NCBI GenBank assembly: GCA_030141605.1
Contig: JAQGDQ010000460.1
Location: 62,001 to 126,000 of the forward strand
Length of the DNA stretch: 64,000 nt
Direction: 5' to 3'
Origin: Tubiluchus corallicola
Lineage: Eukaryota; Animalia; Priapulida
Of this stretch, positions 37,655-50,400 are shown in pieces (the stretch's first letter is position 1; each line of letters starts with the position of its first letter). A model generated the notes under the pieces. It was given only the letters and a program-made list of their open reading frames with translations. It was not told the DNA's origin and made no database searches. The position numbers were made by a program, and so were the translations under genes.

Positions 37655-40349
37655 GTACAGATGCTATATTGATCCAGTCTTAGCAAGTAAACATGTTTTA
37701 AGGCGCATTGTACAGCCAACGTTTGCTAGTCAGACATCCAGCACTGTAGGCGTTATTTATAAACACATAAACACGGGGCCGAAAATAGTTCAGACGAATA
37801 GGTCAAAAGCACAGCCAAATGGCAGGCTCGCCATTTGTTAGTGCAGCCAACACGCCCACCTTGCATTCTCCACTCACAGGCACAGACACACAACACACCT
37901 CTGAATAAAACAAGCATGGTTTTCACATACGCACACGGCAGACATTAAAATACCCGCTGGGGAATTTTATCTGGCTTGCCTTAATGAAGCCTATAACAGT
38001 TTACATGCCAATTTAATCCGCCCACGAATGAAAAGAGAAAAGCTGACTTTCTGCAGTCGAACTGCTGGCTTAATGAATGTCTTGGGCAATTATTCTCACA
38101 CTTGCAGCAGCCCCTCAAGGACAAGTACCAACCTATTCAGCCTCCACATGCCCTGAGGATACAGCGTTTTAACTGCTGGAGTGAAAAAAAAGTTCTAGAA
38201 AATAGAAAGGGGAGAGAAAATGAGGAAATGTCACCAAATTTGTAATGAATGTACGAAAACACTCAGCTTGTGGGTGCATAACGTGAAAACTAGTTGAAGC
38301 TTTTCAGGCTATACAGGTTTAATATTTATGACAGAGCACTCATTACAAAGTCAAATGAACTAACTCAAAGTAAGTATAAAAAGAAGTTAGCAACAAACAA
38401 AAATAACGAGGCAGAAACGGTTTTCACAGCAATGCTATATTTTTGCAGTGAACACTGGTCACAAAAAATATTTGTTTAGAGAGCTGTTACTACATTAGCT
38501 CAAAAAATGTCAATCGCTAAATTGTGGAATATTTAAATTCAATTGAAATCAAAGTTTGTTTATTACGAGATGCCTACTTGCTTGCTTACTTGCTGCCCCC
38601 ACCAGGTGGATGCAGGCCAGCACAGGTAGCCCCCCGAACCATCGCACGCCACTGCTTCCGATATATTACGAGATACCTACTAGACAACAATAATGTTCTA
38701 AACGTTTTCAATGCACATTTTTCCAGGCCCAATCAACCAAAATATCAAAGCATGTTTGAATCTTTTGGAGCAAAATCATTCAAAAAGTATTTAATTTTAT
38801 AATTTATGAAAAATAGGTGCCAAAAATATCTTGTTTATTTTTGTTTATTTTTAATGAAGCATTATGATTTTTAAAAGTTAATCATTAAGGACACTTACAT
38901 CCAAAAACATTGTAACACATTTTTAGGTAATTTTTCTTAAGTAAGCCACACCATCAAACTTGAGGTTCTATACTATAAAACGTCCTAGTGTTTTGCATTC
39001 GAAATTTTTTCAGTAATTTTGCAAGTAAAAGTAAACAAACAAAAAAAATACAAAATATTTAATAACTTAATAATTTAAAAATTTGTTTTTCAGTTTTAAT
39101 AACAGCTGGTTTTGCAAAAATGTTTCCGTTCGGTTTCATTTCGGTATCGGTTTCCCATGTTTGATAAATTTCGGATTTGGTTTGCAAATTCAGTTTCGGT
39201 AACATCCCTGATACGTATACGGGGTCACGGATGGTGGTAGAGTTCATGAATCGCTCATGACGTCCCAATTCCATATTCGCTTTGATTACCGCATAGAGAG
39301 AGTATGTACAGCTGAACATGGCTCATACACCACTGTCTCAGGATAGTGCCAGTCTTAGGAAATTAGGCCAACAATAAAAATACTTCTGTTTCTGTCTAAT
39401 CGCCTGGGTAATGCTTTCTCCTCACGGGGAACTTTCAGGCGGGGAATTTTATATTTTTTTTGTACGTTCATATACTTACCAGATGCAGTCATATAAAAGC
39501 GTATTTTTTAATTTAAAACGTAAAATGCAGTAATTATTATAACATTACTGCGGACGCAGCCATGTGTTTCTACGGCTAACTCTCAGCCAGGGTGACCGTT
39601 TTGTATGACGTTCATCCAAAAAGAATATTGTATTTTCTGCCAAATCAGCGCATTAACGGCTGAGTAGTGTTGCAGCTTATACCATAATTATCAGAACATA
39701 TGTCTCATACTGTACAAACAGGAGACAAAACGATAATGACACGATAATTAAGCAACGTAAAAAAACAAAGCGTGAAAAAACATGTGCATTGAAAATTTTT
39801 TAAATATTACTGCTAACCAGTATGAAATAAACAAACTTTGATTTCAACTGCTTAAATCAAATAATCCACGATTCAGCTTTAAACATTCATAAAGCTTTAA
39901 AAAAATTTGAGCTCACGAAGTACATCTGAAACAATTTTTTATGGTCGGCTTCAGTCTTTATAATGAATCAGACTCTGGTCGTTACTCATACCACAAATAT
40001 CACATCAAACAGGTCAGGCTGTCAATGAGTGCTGAACTCCAAAGTGCAAAGGTCAAGTTACTTTTATAGAAAGAGTTGGGTTTATTATTCTGTAAAAAGT
40101 CGGCTCATCATAAAGTGTCACAAAACTTTTCATTGAGACTTTTTCATTGTTATTTTGTGTAATATATAAAATTTTCTATGCATCCGGTACAGACAGTTAC
40201 ACTAAAATGTGTGATTAATTTAACACAAAATAATCACTACAACCTTTAGCCATAAATTTTGGTGGATATGTGAAATTCTTTATTAACAACCGGCAGATTG
40301 ACTGGAATAGTACGCTATACAGATATAAATAGCAGTTTCCGATGATCTC

Positions 40350-40460
40350 ACAGAGCTGCCGTCGTACTGCGAGGACCGGAAGCAGTGACGTGCGATGGTT
40401 CGGGATGCTACCTGTGCTGGCCTGCCTCCACCTGGTGGGGGCAGCAAGCAAGCAAGCAAG
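40350..40460 (+). mobile_element. RTE-like LINE/SINE 3' end with (CAAG)n tail; inverted copy at 38575-38660
   Basis: gaccggaagcagtgacgtgcgatggttcggg...ggcagcaagcaagcaagcaag; reverse complement present at 38.6 kb. Confidence 0.65.
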
Positions 40461-41539
40461 GTGATACTTTAATAAAAAACTTAGCAGTTCTCTACAACTA
40501 TATTTAAAGCAAAACGTATGAAAGTATAGTAACATGTAACTTGCAATATGGGTTTCTTTCTTTCGCAATACTGTAGTGACTGAGCAAAGCTGTATAACCA
40601 GCAAATCTTTAGCAAACATTTTAAATGAAAAACTTTTCCCACGAAAAAAACTTATGGCATGTGGACAAATGGGTAAAGTGAAACTAAGCGAGCGATGTGT
40701 TGAACGATTATCGATAATCAATTTTTTTTGAGATACTACTTATGGTAGAGAAATATTGAATGTTGAAAGTATATTACACATATAATTACATACATTTTAA
40801 GGAGATTATAACAATTGTCCATTATAACCGTCATTCGTAATAGCCCATGATAAAGGAAACGCTTTAGAACACTGCTGAACTGAAATGAAGTAAAGTATCA
40901 ATCCCATCCATTTATTGATCAGAATTTAAAAAACCTAACTTTAGTTATTAAGCACACACGCACGCCCACACACACGAACTTGTAGTTAGCAGGGATTACT
41001 AACAAAACAAACTCCTAAAAGCATGCACCCAACCACATTTGTTGTACTTTTCAAAATACAGAAAACGCTACTGGCCGTATTATTAGGTTTTCGCTGATAT
41101 CTAATCTCTAGTAACTAGTCACAAGTGCAATGAATTTGTAGTATTTTTAGGTTACCTTTTGAATAATAAGCAAGAACACCAACATATCAAAAATATGAAA
41201 AACTACGAAAAGGGCCAATAACTTTTAGGTTGCGTAGGCTTCAATAAGTATTCCAACTAATTCAAGACATTTACCTAGAAATTCAGTCACCGATGTAAAA
41301 GTCGCCGGCAGAATTAGACGGCGCTCAGAGACGTAGCAAAGCAAAATTTAGAACACTGTTGACCTACACTAAACATCCAGCACAATAGGAAGCCAGGCTG
41401 AGAAAGTCCGTAATCAAACAACCACGTTCTATAAAGTTTAGATGGGATACTAATGAATTACACACACATAGAATAATTCAATATTTAAACACATTAATTA
41501 GGTAAAACAAAAATAAATGCAACGACATCCTTTTCCCAA

Positions 41540-41640
41540 CGAAAATGGCGAAAACATCAACAGCGCAAGTGCAAATGACGTCACGTAAAGATAACCTCTG
41601 GTAAAAAGCGCAAACATAAATCCATGGTTTGCGCAACTTC
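41540..41640. promoter_or_regulatory. Candidate MTMR3/4 promoter (YY1, CRE and C/EBP motifs)
   Basis: AAAATGGCG 41542-41550, TGACGTCA 41576-41583, TTGCGCAA 41629-41636. Locally CpG-richer, lies just beyond the 3' end of gene 2, and a minus-strand donor ctag|gtaaat follows near 41275. Confidence 0.45.
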
Positions 41641-43105
41641 AGGTTAAGTCATAGAGCTGCTGACCAACTATTGTTACTATTAACACTGAAAATAACCTAT
41701 TTGCCCTTCATTGTGTTTTGCCACTGTACATTATAATTACGTATTTGAGAAATAAATTGAAATTGAAACTGAATTTAATTTTAACAATTTATTAATGGAA
41801 TAGACATACTAACAAAATAAGCAAAACTCAAACCTTGTAGTTTGTAAAAAGAACAGATACAAAACATAAAAATAATAAAATTAATAATGATATTTTATTC
41901 ATTTTGCAACTAGATTATCAGCTTCTTTACCATTATAGGTTAGTATTGGCAATAGCCTGCAGACCTACATTAGTGTGTGAATAATAAGAAAAAAATACAC
42001 TCTAAAAGTAAATTTTGAGAAATTTGTTACCAAGAAAAAAAACACTCTAAGAGTAAATTTTGAAAATTTTGTAACTTTCACCTTGTCCTCATTCTCAATA
42101 GTGCGGCTAATCGCAAATCGCAAAACCTTTCAAAGCGTTATTGTATTGGTCAAAACTTAAACTTCCAATGTCATTTTGGTAAATAATAAAACCAGAGTTC
42201 CTACCTGACTTAGCAGCTGCAGCATAATAATTGAGAGAAATAAAAGTGCCATAAGAAAAGAACAAAAATTACCACTATAAGGCTTTCATCCAAACATTGA
42301 TACTCTTTTATTTTTCAAGGCAGATCAACATACCAACACATGTACTTATAAGAAACGACTGCATTGCCAAAATTATTACAGAGTCAATAAAAGTCCAAAT
42401 AAGTTCATCTTGATTACTACATCATCATCATCATCCTAGTCACAAAATATTTGAATGTGCAATGTTTCTTTGAAAACAGTTTGACACTGATCAAATAATA
42501 TGCAAATCTTCAATACATTTCTTTCTAAAAGACATGATTATGAATGTTTATTAAATATTTGCAAATAATTATCAATTGACTGAACTGATTCTGGTAAGTG
42601 ATAGCTAATAACATAAACCGCAATGTTTGTTTGTAACAAAGCTTAATGTACACGCTTCCTCTTTGATAAAACTTCACACACGATGATATCACACGTCCAC
42701 AGTTGCATGGTCACGAAGAAACAATAGACTAATGCTTACATTTGTAGCATCATCCCAAAACGTTCTTGTTTCATAATGACATAAGTGGCACCTCCCATAT
42801 GTTGTCAATTTGGCATTCCGGGAAATCAACTGACATCCATAATTTTCTTTTGTTTAGCCAATTATGCCCACACACAAAATGTCATGAAGTCAGAATCAAT
42901 GATGTCTAGCAAGTTCCTTAAATAAACAGCAGTAGTATTTGTACAGCTAGGAACCATCACCATTTTGACATATTACTTATAATACAGAGTGCAGAGTTAT
43001 AGACCCACTCCTCAAATGCAAACTGTATCCACAATTCGACAAGGTCAATGTGCAAGAATATCGAGTACCTTTCATGCTGAATTTTTCACAGAAGTTCTCG
43101 AACTC

Positions 43106-44387
43106 TCAAGCTGAACCAAAGTATCTTTGAAACTACAGAAATAAACAAAAGCACTAAACAAACAGCTTAATCATTATGTGAACATGTATCATTATTAATT
43201 TTATTATTTGATATTCAGAATCATCAAAATTTGGGTTTACAGTTCACTTAATGCTGAAGTAACAGCAATGCTATCCTTTCAGTATATTGAACAAGCAAAA
43301 CAGTAATGCTTTGAACCACCAAGATGACTCATCAACATCTAACAGCACTCTAATACATTAAAGTTTCATTTAGTGCAAAATTATAAAAGAATAAAAAACC
43401 CAATTCGAATCGACAACTTACCACAAGTTTTGTCAGTGCTTTGCCAAACAATCTCTGATGATCACGTTCTGCGTGTTGATATTCTTCACTCTCGGTGCCT
43501 CCAGACTGAACTTCAGGGGACAAGTATTTCATGACCAGGGCACTATAGGGTTCACTGTTGATACCATCGCCTGTAATAGATTTCAGGTACTTCTCTCTGC
43601 GGCTTGCGACGTCCAGGAGGTAATCTCTTACCTACAAAATAAAATTGTTACATAAACTAAGAAATTATCTTTAAGGTATTAACTACATGTATTATTCAAT
43701 AATAAACATTTTTGTTTTTACAGGATTTGGCAGTAAATGCAGTAATTCATTTGAAATACATTAATAAAGACCATAAACATAGAACGCTTTACGTGTTGGC
43801 AGCCAAAACTAAGCAAAAAAATGTGATATATCACACTTTTGCTCAATAACATTAAAATGACCACATGTTGTTCAAAAATAGATTTTTTTTAAATTTTAAA
43901 TGTTAAAAGTCTCAATGTAGTGTTTAGAGAAGTTTCACTAACAGAACCTCACAAGAAATATGTGGTGTAATAGCTCTTAATTTAAAAGTGGAAAGTCCCA
44001 CTTTAGGTACATAGAAATGGTACTTGTAAACTAATATACAAAGATGCATAAATCATGTTATATTATATAGGATACGTGCAAAATATTTTGGAAAAAATAA
44101 TTATCTTACTGACACTGACAATATCAACGTGAAAGAACTGATATGTTTAGTATGTACACCAAAAATTATGCACGTTTAGCACTCACTGGCATGCTGGGTG
44201 CTTCGTCTATTTCAAAATGGCCGTCACAGATCCAAACCTCAATACATGAACCCTCCTGGAAGATGTATTGAATTTCATTATTTGTGTCTCATTAGAGTAA
44301 TAGATTGTGCTTAACCCAGATACAGAAAAAAATACACACACACACCCACACCCACACCCACACCCACACCCCCCCCACACGCACGCA

Positions 44388-44443
<56 letters not shown>

Positions 44444-47400
44444 ATAATCAATATTGGGCCAATAAAAAAATCGATATTCATAAGTATAAAAGCATATAAG
44501 AACACCGCAGCATGAGAATAAAGTTCACACAACTGTTAAAGGCAAATATGTCCAGTGCGAACTAAAAAGTATTGTGCACAGAAATGTAAAAGAAATATAC
44601 ATTACAAAATTACAAGCAAATTATAACATAGAGTATATACAATATATACATGCAATTTAAAGTGGACGTGGGTAAATAAATATTGTAAATGAATATATAA
44701 TTATCATTAATGTATGTAGGGTTTTCAAAACGTTTTCAATGTATTTTAATTTTGATTTGAACTCACAGAAATACTTGATTTGTTTTAAATTTGATGGCAT
44801 GGCATTCCAGAGTTGAACTCCTTGTTTAGTAATAGAATTGTTGCTGTATTTGTTATTAGTGCGTGTTTGTTTAATATTGCCTCCAAGAGGAATGGAAGCT
44901 TATTTTTGATGAAGGGTGTGTTAATATTGTTGTTATATTTGTATAAAAATGGGATCATCAGACGTGATGAAATACATAATTATATATATATATATATATA
45001 TATCAGCAGGATGTTACTCGGCATAAAACGAAAAAAACCTGTATGGTAAAACTGTTGCATTTTTATATGTATGTATTTCCTGTCGCCATTGTGGGTTCTG
45101 AAAATGTCTCCTTTAATCATTGTGTCATTATGGTTTTCCATTTTTTGTCAGAAAAGAGTTACCAAAAGCATTCTTGTTTTATTTAAACTGATTTAATCAA
45201 TTTTGAAAATAATGTATATGAAGATTTGAATAAGTTTTATTTTGGCCTAAAAATTTACTCTTATTTTCTACACTTGAAATACAAGCAATTTCACACGAGT
45301 AAAAATGCAGGAGTTTAAAATAACCCGAACTTTTTACTGCATACATACCAAAAGTTTCAGTTCCTTGTGTTTCACGGTTGACTTGACTACACTAGCTATG
45401 TTATTTTGTTTCTGGCTTTCCAAAAACTCATCAGAAGGCCAACTCTTAAACAGCGGAGTGACAAACTTACCCGGCAGTACGTATTTTCTGAAATATGTAA
45501 GGAGAATAAAATATTAAGCCAAAGCTACCTCAGTAAGAAACACTAGAGCAAACATCCGTCACAGCAGCAAATGTCGACATAGTAACAGATGGTGTCACTG
45601 TAGTAAATGTTGACATAGTAACAGATGGTGTCACAGTAGTAAATGTCGACATAGTAACAGATGGTGTCACAGCAGCAAATGTCGACATAGTAACAGATGG
45701 TGTCACAGCAGCAAATGTCGACATAGTAACAGATTGTGTCACAGTAGTAAATGTTGTCATAGCAGCAAACTCTGTCATAATAACAAATTTGTCATAGTAG
45801 CAAATCCTGCAACAGTAGTAAATGCTGCAACAGTAGTAAATGTTGTCACAGCAGTAAATGTTGTCATAGTAGCAAACACTGTCATAACAAATTTGTCATA
45901 GTAGCAAATGCTGCAACAGAAGTAAATGCTGCAACAGTAGTAAATGTTGTCACAGTAGTAATTAAGACTTATCCATGTTGATCGTACCTCATAAGATAAT
46001 TTCTTCTGCTGCGCTCATAGCACCGCAATGCGCTGTGAATTAGTAATTGTGTAACTTGTATTTTGTTGTAGTGTGTTAAACGAATGAATAAATAAATCGC
46101 CATGGAAATCGAAATAAAAAACACGGTTCCAGGGTAGTAAGTATATAGTAACAAAAATTTTTCATTTTGCGTTTCAAGTGCAACTCGTGCAAAGTTTTCA
46201 CCGAGCAATAACGGTAACAATAGTGAGTTCGCGGTTCGCCAAGTGAGCATTGACTTGAGTGCAGCACATTAGTAAATGCCGAGACCACTGTGCCACAGCA
46301 GTAATTTATAAATTGCATTTAATCTCACCTGCTTCCAACAGTATACACACAACACTTCATCAGCATTTACAAAAACTGCAGCATAAATTGTGGATACCTA
46401 ACTGCCCACAAGAGAGTAGAAATGAGAAATAATGCCACAAATTTATACCCCCTGAACAGAGGTATGATGCCAAATCCCAGGTATATATCACATCCAGGTA
46501 TGTCACAGGGCTTCCCATCCAATGTCACAATCTTTGATGGTTTTCCTCCAGTTTTTGGCAGGTATATGCCTTGCATGCCATATAAGGAGACTAACAGGCA
46601 GGTGTGGGTGTCTCTCTGTGGATGTATTACCTGTGCAGAAAGCTGTACTTTCATTTATTGTCACAAATCTTTAAAAATATTACTTTCTAAACAAAATGTA
46701 AGGAACAAGCCTATAGCCTTAGGTCCTAAATTGGCCTTCGGAGTCCTGAGACCAATGACCAATAGAAAGAGATAATGCTATTTTAGTAAATAGGATAACA
46801 AAATGATTTAAAATAAACATGCTCAAAACAAGTAGCTTATATTTGGTTTCCTATTTGTGCATTGCCAGTAAGAACTTGAACGATTGGGCCTTATATTGCA
46901 CACATCCCATTTAATTTTTTGCTGTAAACCCACACATTTGCACATAAGGTGCTGCGCCACAAAACATTTAGACACAGGTAGTCTTGATCACAGATGCAAC
47001 TTGGACATTATCTGCTTTGGACACAGATTATTTGGACACATGAGCAATTTAGACACAAGAATTTCACACTTGTAAGGAATAGGACATTGAGTCATGTGCA
47101 GGATTGACTAGCGTTTTAGATTCTTCATCAGACGTAGCCACAAGACGGAGAGCAAATCACCTTTTGGTTAACCCAGGAGAAATGGTATGACAAACAAAAT
47201 CATTCCCATTCACCACGAGTAACGACAAAGACTGTTGATGAATGTAGTCACAGAAACACTGTCAACAGAGGTTAATACCACTGAATACTTTATTGTAACA
47301 TAATCAGTACATAAATGTCTCACATGTCCCATAAAGTGTATTAACCTGACTGTTCAGAGCACAGGTGAGTAAAACAGACAGGTGACTAGCAAGTAACAAA

Positions 47401-50400
47401 CAGAAAAGCTGGCCAAAACTAAAAGCTTACATCCCGCCACAGATGGCGCCTCGTGCACGAATTTGTAAGCAAGATTAACAAAAAAAGCTAAGACTGCTAC
47501 AGAATTTATAGAAAAACTGAAGAACAGCTCCATAACAATTAATATTTTCTACAGTTCGCAAGAAGTCTGTTGGCAGTCTGACCTGTGCATCAAGGTATTT
47601 GTTTAGGCCCTTCGCTTTCTAATGGCTTTAGGCTCGTGAAACCCTTAATGGCAGGGGTTGATTAAGGGTTTCACAAGCCTAAAGCTAACAACAAATTACA
47701 AATTCAACATAAACGACATACCATGGGCCCATCTAACCATTTTGGACATTTCTGTAGACTCGTGTAATCAATGTGCTGCGTGTATATCATTTCCTTAAGA
47801 CTCGGATCTTTTGGAGATTCCATAGCAATGCTACCAGGAACAATCCGTCCGAAAGCCAGAACAAACATTCCTTCGCATTTTGCTTAAACATGTTAAATTT
47901 CAAAATGAAATAATATAAAATTGTATTTTTATTACTGTGTTTATTAGTACATGATCATCGTCGTATGTTACTTAGTAGCAGAAGGTACTTTCAGTGACAT
48001 GTGGTGTCAATAGGACTGTTTTTGGAACGTGGTGAATGTATTTGACTGTATTTCAAATACAATATGTGAATGTATTTCCTTGGGACAGATGTTTAACTTT
48101 CATTTTCTTACCACTCTAGCGAAGCTGTGACTGACCGGTAGAAGAAAGGCGGTCAAAACTCAAACACTGATGACACAGGGTAGGGGTGGGTGGTTGTATG
48201 CGGTGCTGTTAAGGTGTGTGGGGTGTGCAGTTTTAATGAGTCTAAAGTTGTTTTGATTTCATCTGCATACAGAACAAATTTTTTATTACCTGGTACAGGA
48301 AAAATGCTCAAAAAATTGCAAAGATGTATGAAAAATAAAAAATTCCTCTAAGACAAAATTCCTAACTGGAAAAGTTATCTCAGCCATATTCACAGGTATA
48401 TACAACTTACTTCAATAAAGTATACAGTAAGGCAACCTACAAGCAGTTTTACCGGCAGCCACCCATCTATTTGTTACGTGGCCTCAGTGTTGTTTAACTG
48501 CACAACTATATACGAACAGTGACTAGCAAGAAAACAATCTCTCCTACACAAAATCATGTAGGAATGCTTGCTCACCGGGTAGGCCATGAGCTCCTTTGAT
48601 CTGGACTGCAATTCCTTGAGCTTTATCATAGACAACACATCTGCCCGGGTTCAGATGCTCCGGTTTTCGGTCCTGCAATTGCTTCTGATCTAGGATTTCT
48701 TTGTATTGTACAGAAAAAGCTTCATCATCTTCAGGACCTGCGTGTAATAAAGTGCAATTAAGAATAAGAAAATACTTAGTACGACTAGTGCTTATTTTTC
48801 TGTATTATGTTCAAACACTGCACAGCCAAAAAACTGTCAAGGGTAGGACCTACTTAAAAGTCTAATTTAAGGTAAAAATCAGGTTCAATTAAACTAATAA
48901 TTTGTAGTATATAACGAAGTAACTGTAATTTAAAATTTGGCACTAAAATTATTAAATTTCTTGGCTCCCTTCCTAATGAAAAGAGGCCTCAAAGTTGCAT
49001 TTTCCCCCAAAACATTTTGCTCGGTTTTGCCCACGAAACTTTAGAAAAACATCTGTGCTAGGCAACGGCTTCCTTTGATACCGCATCATTTCTGTAACGC
49101 TGAATTTGTAAACAATAGTCGTCGTCGACGTCGTTTCGGTGCTGCTATGTACTGAAAAAACATGGCACGTCCCATCTGTTGATAATGATATTTCGAAATA
49201 CAGTAAGTCGTCGCTTAACGACTCCCCGTTTAGCGACGTTTCGTTTTAACGACGCTCACATTTTGACACTTTTTTTCACTTTAGCGACAATTTTTTTACT
49301 TTGGTCAAGGCAAATTTTAATTTTATCAACAACATTTTGTAAAGAATGCTACACAGCGAATTGTGAAACGTGATAACCAATCTCAAACGCTGGCGTAACT
49401 AAGGACTGTGGAGTCCTGGCGCCATCTAATGAGTAAAATGCATGAAATCATTTTTACGGAAATGACACCTTCATGTCATATTTCCTCTTATATGAATCAC
49501 CAACAGAAAGCAAAAAAGTGTCAACAAATCTTAGTTAGAATATTTTCCTTCTGTTTTTCTTTGCAAAACTGAAACTTCACAAAATGCATTGCATTTGATT
49601 TTTAAAGAAATGTTTGTGGTGCAACCAAGCCTCACTCAATATCTATGATATCCTTGTAAAATGAGCCACTGAACCAGTAGAAGTGTGACTAAGGTGTCTC
49701 AGGGATATATTAACATGTGAATACTTAATACTGCTCAGAGCATGTATATCTTTTCACATGAAGTATGAATCCTCAACCATTTAGCCAAAATCTCTTTTCA
49801 AAAATGCAGTTCATTACTGCAGAGAAAAATCTCAGCACGGACACCATCTTTTGGCGAGATGCACAACTACCAAAACAAGAAAAATCTGCAACTTACTTAC
49901 TAACAGGTAAGTTGAAGGAAAAGCACACCCAATCTTAAACTGTAGGTCAAAGCAATCTACCCTATAAAATATTGAAAGGGAACATACTATTTTTCAAGAG
50001 TGACTTACGTGAAAGAATTATTAGTGGAGAAACGTAATTTCGTGGCTAGTTCTTCATGCATTTTGCAATTCGCTAGTTAGACGGGTACTGGTGTCTACAT
50101 CTCAAAAACAAAGTGCACAAAAAACAGGTGCTGTACCTATCAGTTCAGAGTTTTTTAGTTGTGGTGTAGAACACACATTCGAGAGTTCGTGCAAGGATGA
50201 GTACAGCATGAACGCACTGTACATCAATTTTCACTTTCACGCGCAATTCGCTAGTTAGACGGGTACTGGTGTCTACATCTCAAAAACAAAATGCACAAAA
50301 AACAGGTGCTGTACCTATCAGTTCAGAGTTTTTTAGTTGTGGTGTAGAACACACGTTCGAGAGTTCGTGCAAGGATGAGTACAGCATGAACGCACTGTAC

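Noticed and set aside
45530-45778. Mucin-like Thr-rich ORF
   Set aside because: 36-bp intronic minisatellite; the flanking exons (46449, 45487) already join in phase without it.
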